From assembly GCA_963664195.1 (NCBI GenBank), contig OY760907.1:1-64000 (forward strand): a stretch of 64,000 bases of DNA, given 5' to 3'. The notes under the pieces were generated by a model. That model searched no databases, was not told the DNA's origin, and saw only the letters and a program-made list of their open reading frames with translations. Positions 19,395 through 29,100 of this stretch are shown here, one piece after another (within the stretch, counting starts at the first letter, position 1; the number at the start of each line of letters is the position of its first letter). The DNA is from an uncultured candidate division Zixibacteria bacterium. Lineage in GTDB: Bacteria; Zixibacteria; MSB-5A5; GN15; FEB-12. A program made the position numbers and the translations under genes.

Positions 19395-20255
19395 CTATCG
19401 CTTGGCGGTGATATCTATCGACCCCATGCCGACATCGCAAATAATGATAATTCGGTCTTCGGCGTCGTCGAAATCATCGCTCTCCCAGACATCGTCTCGC
19501 CGCTCACGAAGATCCAATCCGTGGAAATCGATCGTGGAAAACCAGCCATCGTCCCCCTCAACCCTGACCGCCAGACCAAGGGGCAGGATGACATCTACTC
19601 CCCCGACTCCGACATCGATATCAAGTACTGTTTCACCTTTGAAATCTCCCCGGAAATCAAGTTCGCATGACGCAGCGCCCGAGGAACACGTGATGTAATC
19701 CGCGTTGGCATTGGCGAGATCGTCCAGTTCCAGCGACGAGGCGCCGATGTCAATGTTCAATTCTTTCATGCGGATCGGATTCGGCTCCGAGAATTCGATC
19801 ATCGCCGAAGCTGCACCGATATCCATGGTCACTTCGACCAGAGGTATACCGCCGAGATCAATCTCGGCTTCGCAGGCGCCAAAATCCAAGTCCAGTGTGG
19901 TCGTAAGCTCTTTCGAGAGCGTCAGCCGCCACTCGTTCTCCATCTCATCAGACGACTTCCCTGCATGCAACAACTCACTGCTCAGTTTCAGGACACCTGT
20001 GTTGCCCTTCTTCTTGTAGTCAATGTCGTAATCGACCCATTTCGGAGTGTAGTAGACATTGATCTCGGCTGCCTCGTCAATGTCGTCGGACCTGACGAAA
20101 AGACTGCCGGCACCAAAATCAAGTCTAACGTCAAGTTGCTCGACACCATCCGCCTTGACCACCTCGGAGACTTCCTCCGTAGTATCCGCCGCTGCCAATG
20201 AGAAAAACAGCGGCATCAGAGTGATCAAACCAAACAAATACTTGAGAATCGTCAT
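19395..20255 (-). CDS. Secreted toast-rack/DUF2154 (LiaF-like) beta-repeat protein
   Basis: Signal peptide and repeated L.[LI]D.GA...I..L units, ending DVGMGSIDI. Confidence 0.75.
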   Translation of the reverse strand: MTILKYLFGLITLMPLFFSLAAADTTEEVSEVVKADGVEQLDVRLDFGAGSLFVRSDDIDEAAEINVYYTPKWVDYDIDYKKKGNTGVLKLSSELLHAGKSSDEMENEWRLTLSKELTTTLDLDFGACEAEIDLGGIPLVEVTMDIGAASAMIEFSEPNPIRMKELNIDIGASSLELDDLANANADYITCSSGAASCELDFRGDFKGETVLDIDVGVGGVDVILPLGLAVRVEGDDGWFSTIDFHGLDLRERRDDVWESDDFDDAEDRIIIICDVGMGSIDITAKR

Positions 20256-20295
20256 ACAGTTCCTCTCTCCTGCCTATAAGTAACCCTGATTATCC

Positions 20296-20323
20296 TTACT
20301 GAGAAAACCGGCCGAATGTTTCA
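20296..20323 (-). promoter_or_regulatory. ECF (SigW-like) promoter
   Basis: TGAAAC-N17-AGTAA upstream of 20255, inside the ECF gene cluster. Confidence 0.5.
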
Positions 20324-20342
20324 TCGACTGGCAAATCGCCGA

Positions 20343-21686
20343 CTACTGATCTTCGGGATTGTTGCTGCGCAAAGGTCCCCTGGGAGGGCTGGTCAACGGC
20401 GGTGGAGCGGGCATGTCGCCAGGGGACGAAGGCGGCATGGGAGCGGTCGGACGATTCGGCATCGGTGGCGGTGCCGGTGCCGGCGCGAGTCGCCCTTCAT
20501 CGGATCGACCGTCGCGGAAACTCACATACTCGCGGAATCCGAACCGAGTGAGCACGGCCGCTCCGATACCGGTCAAGAGAGGCACAGAAGTCAAGACGAT
20601 CGACAACACCATGAGCGCCACACCGAATCCGTGGGCTACCGGCCCGTTGGATCCGAGCAGAACTGCCACCAACCACCAAAGAAGCATAAATAGAAGCACA
20701 CCCGTCAGAGAATAGAACAGGTAACTCGGCTCTCGTCCCTGTGCCCCGATCGGCAGTGACTTGGTCACGGATCGACTGCACGCGGTCATCCCCATAGTAA
20801 GTGCCACCGGCAAACCGATAAGCAGCAACAATGGGATGGCAAGAATTCCAATCACGGAAATAACCAACAGAATGGTTATGGGTGCCAGGAGAAAAATAAA
20901 CAACAGCCCGAGAAAGAAAGTCCTCGTCCGATAACCGCTGATACAGGCATCCATGGTCTTCAGTTGGCGTGGCGCAAGAGTCACCGACAAGAAAGCCACC
21001 AACAAGAGAAAGAGAGTCAAACCAAAAACAACCCAGATTCCGGCAGTAGAGAACGACGTCGTGATGACGTCGACCGGAATAGCTCTGCGATCGGTAATGA
21101 TCTGCCGGCCGAGGACAATTCCACCATCCTTGACCTCAATCTCAGGCGCACGAATGTCGCCATCGACCTGACCGGTCGCGGTGACCAACACCCGCTCGCT
21201 TATCGACTGTACGTCTCCCTTCACCCAACCTTTGACTATCACTTCGTCATAGACGAGGATGTCCTCCTCAACATACTTGCTGTAGCCGACAAACACTTGA
21301 TCCAGGGCCATGTTTGACACTCGAAGTCGCTCGGTGCAGCGGTTTTCCACCGGTTCCACATCTATGACAGGGTCGCGGCCCTCGCGTCGGTCTTGCTGTG
21401 CCCGCATTCCGCGCTCATCCAACCGGAACCGGTCAGTGTTGAAATCGTAGATCCAGAGATTGCCAACACTGTCATACGCGGTCACGCCATCACGAGTGAG
21501 TTCGATCTCAGTGAAAACCGGAATCTCAGTGACATCTTCGGCTACGGGTACAGGCTCCGAAGCTACGGTATCAACAGGTTCGGCTGTAGGTAAGTCCTGG
21601 GCCGGGATAGAGAACGGCAGGCAGACGGCCAGCGCGGCCAGTCCGAGAAAGTATTTTGCAAAGTTGGCTCGCGATATCAGCTTCAT
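20343..21686 (-). CDS. Membrane protein with bactofilin-like beta-helix, several TM helices and a Pro-rich C-terminal tail
   Basis: V.VKGWVKGDV..I..V.VTATGQVDGDI repeats, a hydrophobic C-terminal half and a PAPAPPP tail. Confidence 0.7.
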   Translation of the reverse strand: MKLISRANFAKYFLGLAALAVCLPFSIPAQDLPTAEPVDTVASEPVPVAEDVTEIPVFTEIELTRDGVTAYDSVGNLWIYDFNTDRFRLDERGMRAQQDRREGRDPVIDVEPVENRCTERLRVSNMALDQVFVGYSKYVEEDILVYDEVIVKGWVKGDVQSISERVLVTATGQVDGDIRAPEIEVKDGGIVLGRQIITDRRAIPVDVITTSFSTAGIWVVFGLTLFLLLVAFLSVTLAPRQLKTMDACISGYRTRTFFLGLLFIFLLAPITILLVISVIGILAIPLLLLIGLPVALTMGMTACSRSVTKSLPIGAQGREPSYLFYSLTGVLLFMLLWWLVAVLLGSNGPVAHGFGVALMVLSIVLTSVPLLTGIGAAVLTRFGFREYVSFRDGRSDEGRLAPAPAPPPMPNRPTAPMPPSSPGDMPAPPPLTSPPRGPLRSNNPEDQ

Positions 21687-21719
21687 GCCTCCACCACATC
21701 CTATGTATGCGAAGCCTGC

Positions 21720-22724
21720 CTAAAATTGAGCGATTGTTACATCGCCGGATATCGAAATCAAGCTTACCTTCACGCCGCCGGAACCGAAAGAGCCTTCAAG
21801 TTGCCGTCGGTTCATCGATTTTATCGCAATCGGCATGTCGGTCTGGATATCTCCAGTCTGTGATTCTATTCGTATATTACCGGAAGATGTTTCCGGAATC
21901 GTGACGGACAGGTTGCCGGTTTCGGTCTCGAAGAAATAGTCTCTTGAGCTGTCCAGGTTCGTCTGCACCCTCGCGTCACCGGTTGTAGTCGACAAATCAA
22001 TCGATCCCCGATCCTGGTGAACCTCGATATCTGCCGACGCTGCCTTGATCCGTATATCGCCCTCAACGAACTTCAAGTCGATTCTCCCCTGCGCCTGCCG
22101 CACGGTAACCGAGCCAAACAACAACTCGCCTACCGTTGTCCCGGCTGCTGCCTCCACATTCACGTCTCCCTCAACGCTCAACAACTGAATATCCGCTGAG
22201 GAACTTCGAATGTCAACATTACCTTCAATATGACTGATAGAAACAGCACCGCTGGTATTGCAGATGGAAATCCGGCACCCCTGCGGCACCTGCACTCTCC
22301 AATCAACCTCGCCAAACGAATCAGACCCTCCCACCCCGAGTACTTTTTGCCAGAAAGACTGGCTCCGATTACGCATTTGGAGATAGTTAGTGACTACTTT
22401 GACCTTCTTCTTGTCGTGGAGGACCTTGATTTCGATATGATCGGCGACCATTTCGGCCTCGTCCATACTCACCGCGTTGACCTTCTTCACCGCCTCAATG
22501 ATAACCCTGTCGCCATCGGTACTGATAACTTCGAGGTTGCCGGAGACGTAAGTAAGGTCGAGCTCGGCCTCGCGGCCGGTCTGGAGAATCTTCTGATAGT
22601 CAAACCGGAATTCTTTCGCACACAACGAGTTCGGTGCAAGAAAGACCATGAGGGTCAAGAGAACGGCAAGAATCGGCATATCGGGAATACCGTCGCCGGA
22701 TGCCGTCGCCGAGCTGTCAAACAT
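21720..22724 (-). CDS. DUF4097 family beta-strand repeat protein
   Basis: Repeated I.T.SG.V.I units ending ISISGDVTI. ATG at 22724 overlaps the sigma gene stop (alternative start 22679). Confidence 0.8.
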   Translation of the reverse strand: MFDSSATASGDGIPDMPILAVLLTLMVFLAPNSLCAKEFRFDYQKILQTGREAELDLTYVSGNLEVISTDGDRVIIEAVKKVNAVSMDEAEMVADHIEIKVLHDKKKVKVVTNYLQMRNRSQSFWQKVLGVGGSDSFGEVDWRVQVPQGCRISICNTSGAVSISHIEGNVDIRSSSADIQLLSVEGDVNVEAAAGTTVGELLFGSVTVRQAQGRIDLKFVEGDIRIKAASADIEVHQDRGSIDLSTTTGDARVQTNLDSSRDYFFETETGNLSVTIPETSSGNIRIESQTGDIQTDMPIAIKSMNRRQLEGSFGSGGVKVSLISISGDVTIAQF

Positions 22725-23280
22725 TCTTGAGTTTCTTCTTAAGTAGCTCACGCGCCCTGAATATCCTTGCTTTCACTGTTCCTACAGGTATATCCAGTAA
22801 TTCGGCTATTTCGTCATAAGATTTATCGTCTTTGTGACGATATATGATGACTTCACGATACTTGTCGGGCAAAGACTGGATCGCCTCTTCGATAGATACC
22901 CGTTGTTGTTTCTTCACCAGCTCGCGTTCAGGATGGAAAGAGTAGTCAGGAACCTCAATCTCCATGGTCCCATCGCTGGTCTCAATCGGTCGGTCGAGCG
23001 ACAGGGCCTGAATGCGTTTTTTGCGAAGATGGTCTATAGATGAATTCGCGGCTATCTTGTAGAGCCAGGTGGAGAAACGGTACTCTGAGCGATAGGACGC
23101 CAGCGACGAAAACGCTTTCATGAAGGTTTCCTGAACCAAATCACGGGCAATCTCATCGTTGCGTACTATTCTGTTGATGATATGGAAAATCGCCTTGCGA
23201 TGTTTCTCGACCAGAAAGGCATACGCCTTCTGATCTCCGGCGAGCGCCTCGGCGATTATTTTTCCGTCTTCGTGGGGCAA
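22717..23280 (-). CDS. ECF RNA polymerase sigma factor (SigW/RpoE-like)
   Basis: GDQKAY..LV, DLVQETF, FSTWLYKIA.N..ID.LRK and SYDEIAELLDIPVGTVKARIFRAR. TTG start. Confidence 0.95.
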   Translation of the reverse strand: MPHEDGKIIAEALAGDQKAYAFLVEKHRKAIFHIINRIVRNDEIARDLVQETFMKAFSSLASYRSEYRFSTWLYKIAANSSIDHLRKKRIQALSLDRPIETSDGTMEIEVPDYSFHPERELVKKQQRVSIEEAIQSLPDKYREVIIYRHKDDKSYDEIAELLDIPVGTVKARIFRARELLKKKLKNV

Positions 23281-23695
23281 AAAAGCAACTCTCGTTCAAT
23301 ATCTCTGTGCCGACACATCCACACATCCCTCTTTGACAGCGCCTAACATAACAGGCACACGTCTCTTTAACAAGCAAAACCGCTTGTCCCACCGCAACAT
23401 ATCTGTGTTACCGGTACCTGTGTATCCTGGCCTTGAAAAGGCCTCTGACAATCGTTGACCGCCCCCTTCCAGGATGCGCAGGCCCTGTCGACGGCAGCCC
23501 GCGGCACAGGAGTTGGCGGGCACCGGAGTCTCCGGTTCATATCTTGCACAGGCCACGCTCGGACTGTGGCGCAAGGCCCATAGTCAAAAATCATACAGAT
23601 GCTCGCTGACAGCCTGCGAATACTGGAGACCACTATTCAGTTTCGCCGGTGATAGCCGTTAGAAGTAGAAGGGAGGCTGAGAAGAAGAGAGAACT

Positions 23696-24457
23696 ATGAT
23701 CTACGACTACCCGCAATACTACGAAGTTGCTTTCTCGTTTCGCGATATCGCGAAAGAGGCTGGCTTCATTGATGATTGCGTGAAGCACTTCTCAGCCATA
23801 GAAACCAGGTGGCTCTTTGAAGTAGCCTGCGGATTCGCTCCCCATGCCGAGGAGTTGATCCGTCGCGGCTACCGCTACATGGGTCTGGACAACAACCGCA
23901 ACATGCTTGATTATGCCACCCACAAATGGGATGATCTGAAACCCTCGCCGTTGTTTGTCGAGGGAGACATGGTGTCGTTTGATTGTCCACGTCGCGTCGA
24001 TTTCGCCTTTGTCATGCTTGGCTCACTCTACCTCAATTCCATCGAGGAAATGACCCGCCATTTCGACAGCATGGCCAAATACCTCCGCCCGGGGGGGCTC
24101 TACTTCCTGGACTGGTGCGTACAATTCACCGATCCGATGGCTTCGGCCGACTGCAACGCTGTCGTGAACGAGCGCGACGGCATCCGGGTGGAATCCCGGT
24201 TCAACATCAAGCTGATCGACTCTGCACGACAGATGTACGAAGAAGTCTGGACGCTCGATGTTGACGATCACGGTCGGCGCCAGCAGTTTGAGATGATTGA
24301 ACGCAATCGCGCCATCTTTCCGCAGGAATTCCTGCTGTTCATTCAGAGTCGCACCGATTTTGAAATGGTCGGCTGGTGGAAAGACTGGGACTTGTCCAAA
24401 CCGATGGACGGCGAGGTCGATGTCGAGCGACCGATCGCATTGCTAAGACGCAAGTAA
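23696..24457 (+). CDS. Class I SAM-dependent methyltransferase
   Basis: EVACGFAPH motif I, GLDNN..ML, GDM and LRPGGLY. Confidence 0.88.
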   Translation: MIYDYPQYYEVAFSFRDIAKEAGFIDDCVKHFSAIETRWLFEVACGFAPHAEELIRRGYRYMGLDNNRNMLDYATHKWDDLKPSPLFVEGDMVSFDCPRRVDFAFVMLGSLYLNSIEEMTRHFDSMAKYLRPGGLYFLDWCVQFTDPMASADCNAVVNERDGIRVESRFNIKLIDSARQMYEEVWTLDVDDHGRRQQFEMIERNRAIFPQEFLLFIQSRTDFEMVGWWKDWDLSKPMDGEVDVERPIALLRRK

Positions 24458-24485
24458 CTCGCTATCTCAACAAACATCGCAAGAC

Positions 24486-24518
24486 AAAAAAATAGACGCC
24501 TATGGCGTCTTTTATTTT
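24486..24518. terminator. Bidirectional terminator
   Basis: A-tract, AGACGCC-TAT-GGCGTCT, T-tract between convergent genes. Confidence 0.75.
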
Positions 24519-24532
24519 GCACGGAGCCGGAA

Positions 24533-24949
24533 CTACTGGGCAGACGCCCTTGCCTTGCTCGATTCCGGTTCGATTGCCCGTTCGATCCAATCAAGCCCCA
24601 CCTGCTCCCAGTTCAACTCGGAAAAGGCATTAAGATATCGCTCGTTGCGATGTATCCCTGAATCGCCGGCAATACGTCGGAATTGCTGGGTCGTTGCCGG
24701 ATTGTTGAGGATCACTACTGACCTCTGCATCCCATTTTCCAAAGCGTTTCTTTGACCATCCTGGACGACTAGCTGCGCTTCTCTAGTCAGAGGCGCCATC
24801 GTCCGCATATCAACAAAGACAGAAAACGGCTCGGTCTGTTTCTCAACTTGTACGGTAAACTCGGTCTTCCAGCGCAACATCTCTTCGGCATCCATGAGAC
24901 CGCCGAAAGTAAGCCTGAGTCCGTAATGTGTTTTCTCTATCCTGTACAT
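24533..24949 (-). CDS. Hypothetical STAS/SpoIIAA-like alpha/beta protein (paralog A)
   Basis: MYRIEKT.YG..LT..G; FSVFVDMRT; G.QR..VI..NP. Aligns with 25036-25452. Confidence 0.7.
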   Translation of the reverse strand: MYRIEKTHYGLRLTFGGLMDAEEMLRWKTEFTVQVEKQTEPFSVFVDMRTMAPLTREAQLVVQDGQRNALENGMQRSVVILNNPATTQQFRRIAGDSGIHRNERYLNAFSELNWEQVGLDWIERAIEPESSKARASAQ

Positions 24950-25035
24950 AGCTAGAATACTATCGCGTCAATTAATACCTGGCATTGCATTGAAAACAGC
25001 CATTGTGCCCTTACGGTTCCCTGATCCTCACCTGT

Positions 25036-25452
25036 TTATCCGGCGTGCACTGAAGCAGGTTGTTTGTCCGGGTCAACGCCGCTGACCAGCCATTCAATCG
25101 CCCGTTGCGGCCAATCATCACAGGTCTTGGCATCGATGAAGCGCGACATCTCGAAACCACCCGCCTCGCCCAACAGGCGTTTCATCTGGAAACTCAGGAC
25201 GGGATTGGCCGTAATAACGGCGACCCGCTTCAAGCCCTTTCTCATGGCCAACTGAATTCCCATTTGGGCACCCGCAAACGCATCTCGATTGACCGGGATG
25301 AACGTGCGCATATCAACGAGGACACTGAAATCCCCTTCGTGCTGCTCAAGAATAGTCTCAATGTCAGCAATCCACTTGCGTGTGGTTTCTGCCGACGAAT
25401 TGCCACGGTGCGTCAGTTTGTATCCAAATGGAGTTTTTTCAATACTATACAT
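25036..25452 (-). CDS. Hypothetical STAS/SpoIIAA-like alpha/beta protein (paralog B)
   Basis: MYSIEKT.FG..LT..G; FSVLVDMRT; GLKRVAVITANP. Same 138-aa length as paralog A. Confidence 0.7.
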   Translation of the reverse strand: MYSIEKTPFGYKLTHRGNSSAETTRKWIADIETILEQHEGDFSVLVDMRTFIPVNRDAFAGAQMGIQLAMRKGLKRVAVITANPVLSFQMKRLLGEAGGFEMSRFIDAKTCDDWPQRAIEWLVSGVDPDKQPASVHAG

Positions 25453-25663
25453 TAGTCAGTGCCAAAATAACCGCTAAACCCACGTTTTTTGCCTGTTCTG
25501 TCGTTATCGGTCAATGCGGGGCAATACTGTAGTCTTTCGTTAGCCTGACTAACATCTTTCTCGGGGCGGCAACCGACAGGACACCGGACGCCAAAAACAG
25601 TCTTGACATGCCTGTTGTAAGACAACAGATTAGACCCAAATTGCAGGACATGGGAGTCCATAT

Positions 25664-27787
25664 ATGCGCAATCATTTCGAGACGGCAAGATTGACCCGAA
25701 AAACGGTGCTTGCTGTATCAATCCCGCTTGGTGTCATAGCGATGTCACTCTATGCCGTGACCTGCTCACGGTCCATTCCCTGGTGGGACACGCCAGAGTA
25801 TGCCACCGCCGCCCTGACTCTTGGTGTCCCCCACGCTCCCGGCTCACTGCTGTTGACCCTGATTGGCTGGATTGTAGCCGCGTTGCCAACAGGAATATCG
25901 GACATATTCTCTCTGAACCTGTTGGCTGGTGTACTGGCCTCCGGTACCGGTGTGATGGTAACTCTCACAGGATTGCGTCCCGCCATTCCGACCACCGGCT
26001 CAGACGACAGCCTCGTGTACGGCCGTCGCCGAGTCTTCCCGGCGGTTCTCGCCGCGATCCTGGCCGGGCTTGGGTTTGCCTTTAGCGAAACGCTCTGGAT
26101 GTATGCTGTTATGTTCACGCCGTATATCCTGACGGCCCTGGTCACGGCAATCATCCTCTGGTCTCTTCTGCGATGGTGGGAAAACGCCGACCACGCGGAC
26201 GCTCTCAAATGGTTGTTCATCATATCACTGCTTTTTGGACTGGACCTGTCGGTGCACCGGACCAACTTCCTGCTGCTACCGGGACTTTTCTTCTGGGTAC
26301 TGATCAGACATCCCCGAACGCTCGTCTCTTTCAAAGCCTGGGTTTGTGGTCTGGGCGGGCTTTTCACCGGTCTGGCTGCCCATCTATTGACCATGCCGCT
26401 GGCCGCCCGTGACCCGTACATGAACGCCGGTAATGCCTCAAACTGGTCACGTTTCTGGGATTATCTCTCAATCAAGCAGCAGGGCGGCGGGTTCCTGGTG
26501 CAGTTCTTCCCCCGAAAAGCAGACATTTGGGACGAACAGATCGCTGACTTCCTCGCGGCTTTCCAGCACAGCTTCTTCTCTACCGATGGCCCCCTCGGCC
26601 CATTCGGCCTTCTATCCGGGATACTCGGATTGCTGGGGCTTGTGATACTCTGGCGACGGCATCGACGGCTGGCTCTTGCATTCACAACTCTGTTATTGGC
26701 AACGTCTATCGTGACCGTATTGTACTTCAATATCCCGGCGGACTTCTTCAGATCGCTCCACCGCCACTACTTGCCGTGTATGACGATTTTCGCGGCAATA
26801 TCAGTCTACGGTGCCTCGATGATGGCGCTCGGTGTCTGGAACATGAAGGGACGCCTGCGGCCGATTGCAATCGGCTTAATGGCCCTGCTGCTGGTCGATA
26901 CCGCGGTGGCTCAGGTAGCACGCAATTTCGAGTGCCGCGACATGTCACAGGAGTATTTTGCCGAAGACTTCGCCCGCAATACGCTCTCGAGTCTGCCTAA
27001 AAACGCCATCCTGTTTGTGGCCGGCGACAACGACACTTTCCCGCTCTGGTTCCTCCAGGGCGGGCTGGGCGAGAGGCCGGACGTTACCATTCTCAACCTG
27101 CCGCTGCTCAACACCGACTGGTATGTGAAACAAACGCTCCTCCGTGAACCCGACTTCCCCCTGCCGTACACGATTGACAATCTATCAGAAATCCGGCACC
27201 GGCAATGGACTGACACCACAATCATGTTGCCGGTCGTCGGTAAACCTGCTGCCTACGGAATAACCGGTTGGAAGAATCTGCCGGACTCGATTGCGCTCGA
27301 TATCCCGCCGATGTCAGACGCTCCGTATCTCCTGGCACAGGATTGGTTTGTGCTCCAGATGCTGATAGCGAACAACTGGCAACGCCCGGTGTATCTTGCT
27401 TCGACCGTCGGGGGGTGGAATCTTGGCTGGCTGATGCCGTACTGTCGCATGGAAGGATACGTTAAGCGAATCGTGCCGATCAAGAACCCGCCCGAGAACA
27501 TCGAGATTCTTCGCAAGAACCTGATGGAGCGCTACACCTATCGTGGCTACGCCGACACGGAGGTAGAACTGGACCCGGTTTCGAGACAGATGGCAGTTAA
27601 TCTATACGCGGGATTCTTGACCCTGGTGAATCAGGAACGTTCGCGGGACGATTTCGGCGCGGCCCGCGAGGCGTACGATCACATGATGGAAGTCCTTCCG
27701 CCGCAGCGTCTCAAGCCGCCCGAGCAGATACAGAATGCGATTGACCGTGTGGGCGAGCAGTTGAACGAAGGCATGACGCGGCGATGA
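25664..27787 (+). CDS. DUF2723 (TMEM260-like) GT-C-fold membrane glycosyltransferase
   Basis: WWDTPEY..A..LGVPHAPG, FS.TLW..A and GDNDTFPLWFLQ..G.RPDV..NL.LL motifs. Many TM helices. Confidence 0.85.
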   Translation: MRNHFETARLTRKTVLAVSIPLGVIAMSLYAVTCSRSIPWWDTPEYATAALTLGVPHAPGSLLLTLIGWIVAALPTGISDIFSLNLLAGVLASGTGVMVTLTGLRPAIPTTGSDDSLVYGRRRVFPAVLAAILAGLGFAFSETLWMYAVMFTPYILTALVTAIILWSLLRWWENADHADALKWLFIISLLFGLDLSVHRTNFLLLPGLFFWVLIRHPRTLVSFKAWVCGLGGLFTGLAAHLLTMPLAARDPYMNAGNASNWSRFWDYLSIKQQGGGFLVQFFPRKADIWDEQIADFLAAFQHSFFSTDGPLGPFGLLSGILGLLGLVILWRRHRRLALAFTTLLLATSIVTVLYFNIPADFFRSLHRHYLPCMTIFAAISVYGASMMALGVWNMKGRLRPIAIGLMALLLVDTAVAQVARNFECRDMSQEYFAEDFARNTLSSLPKNAILFVAGDNDTFPLWFLQGGLGERPDVTILNLPLLNTDWYVKQTLLREPDFPLPYTIDNLSEIRHRQWTDTTIMLPVVGKPAAYGITGWKNLPDSIALDIPPMSDAPYLLAQDWFVLQMLIANNWQRPVYLASTVGGWNLGWLMPYCRMEGYVKRIVPIKNPPENIEILRKNLMERYTYRGYADTEVELDPVSRQMAVNLYAGFLTLVNQERSRDDFGAAREAYDHMMEVLPPQRLKPPEQIQNAIDRVGEQLNEGMTRR

Positions 27788-27870
27788 CGCCGAGCAAAAA
27801 CTAGCAACTTCCGTCTTGCCTCAAAGACGTTCGCGTGCGTATATTAGAAGCAAACTCATGGGGGATTAGT

Positions 27871-28248
27871 ATGTTTTGTCCGAAGTGTCGTTTTGAATAT
27901 CAAGAAGGTATCGTCGCCTGTCCGGATTGCGAGACCGACCTCGTTGAGGAATTGCCTCCCGAGGAACCTTCCGCTCAGCATGAGTTTGTTGACCAGGTGG
28001 TTGTGCTGGAGACCACTAATCACTCCGTGATGCTCATGGCACGATCGTTGCTGGAAGATGCCGGTATCGACTGCTTCACGCAGGGCACGGGGACGTTTGA
28101 TCAATTCTACTCCGGACCGACCGCCTTCAGCCCGATCGTAGGCGCCCTCAAGATTCTGGTTCCTGCCGAAGCCGAAGAAGAGGCACTGCTGATACTGGCT
28201 GAGATTGAGGAAGAAGAGATCGTCGATCCCAGCGAGGATGACGCGTAG
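27871..28248 (+). CDS. DUF2007 (putative signal-transducing) protein with N-terminal zinc ribbon
   Basis: MFCPKCRFEY..G...CPDC..LV; ARSLLEDAGI; ILVP..EEA. Confidence 0.85.
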   Translation: MFCPKCRFEYQEGIVACPDCETDLVEELPPEEPSAQHEFVDQVVVLETTNHSVMLMARSLLEDAGIDCFTQGTGTFDQFYSGPTAFSPIVGALKILVPAEAEEEALLILAEIEEEEIVDPSEDDA

Positions 28249-28267
28249 AAGGATTCAATCAAGTCTT

Positions 28268-28488
28268 CGTAGCGCAGGTCTGTCTTCAGACCTGCGAACA
28301 TAATCACGTATTGCAGAGGGGCGGAGGTCAACTCTCATGAAAGACGGTGACAGGATACAAGCTATCAATGAGGCAATTAACGAGTATTGTGGGCGGCAGA
28401 TGATAATCTGCCCCAGCCTTACCTATTACGACACAGCTTCCTCGCAGGTCTGAAGACAGCCACTTGTGGCGTTGGCCTGCGCTACGAG
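28268..28488. repeat. REPIN-like element: two inverted GTAG-type REP hairpins
   Basis: Left copy GTAG-CGCAGGTCTG-TCTT-CAGACCTGCG. The right copy is its reverse complement with a 15-nt insertion. Confidence 0.75.
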
Positions 28489-28537
28489 ATGGCGGGGTAT
28501 CATCCCATAAGAACGGCAGCACTCCCCCATCCAACGA

Positions 28538-28804
28538 TCAGTCCGATTCCCAGTTTCCCAGAATCTTGACCGACTTCACCATCGCGCCGGAGTCAACCGT
28601 CACCCAAAACTTGGACTCAAAATCCAAATTCACCTCAGGACAAGTAAAAGTGCGAGTGAATCGCTCCTTTAGAGGACCATCATCGAATCCGCCCGCAGCA
28701 GCAAACGCCAACGCTCTGGTACGCCTGACCCTCACTCGAAAAGCGTGAGATTTCCGACATTTCGGGCACTTCTTGATAGTGACTTTCTCTATGTTCTCTA
28801 TCAT
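28538..28804 (-). CDS. Small hypothetical zinc-ribbon-like protein (88 aa)
   Basis: GGAGG RBS before ATG 28804. CPKCRKSH ... FTCP. Confidence 0.6.
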   Translation of the reverse strand: MIENIEKVTIKKCPKCRKSHAFRVRVRRTRALAFAAAGGFDDGPLKERFTRTFTCPEVNLDFESKFWVTVDSGAMVKSVKILGNWESD

Positions 28805-29100
28805 TCTCCACCTCCGGAGAATCTTGATGTATCGATTAGACCGATTTCTTCTGATGCGAATTACAACATCCCGGGGCACCGTCCGGATGTCGAGGTATTG
28901 ATGAAACGGTTCCGGATGAACAATCGATTTGCCCGACAGGTTGTATGCATTAGTATAGTTGTTTGAAGAGACCTCCGCCACTGTTTGTTGGCCTGATTCA
29001 AGGCTGCGGCTGACAGGGAACGCCAACAAATGTTGGGAGAATTATTCGCCTGCATTCTTGTCAAAACATTGACAGACGAGCCTATTGACGCCAATATAGC

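Noticed and set aside
13372..23280. Kinase-activated ECF (EcfP/PknT-type) pairing
   Set aside because: The genes are ~7.6 kb apart, separated by a terminator and other promoters, and the sigma region 2 looks ordinary.
29059..29074. TGTCAA-N4-TTGACA palindrome as an operator or FNR box
   Set aside because: The orientation is opposite to the FNR TTGAT-N4-ATCAA box, and the right half is explained as the -35 of the yihY promoter.
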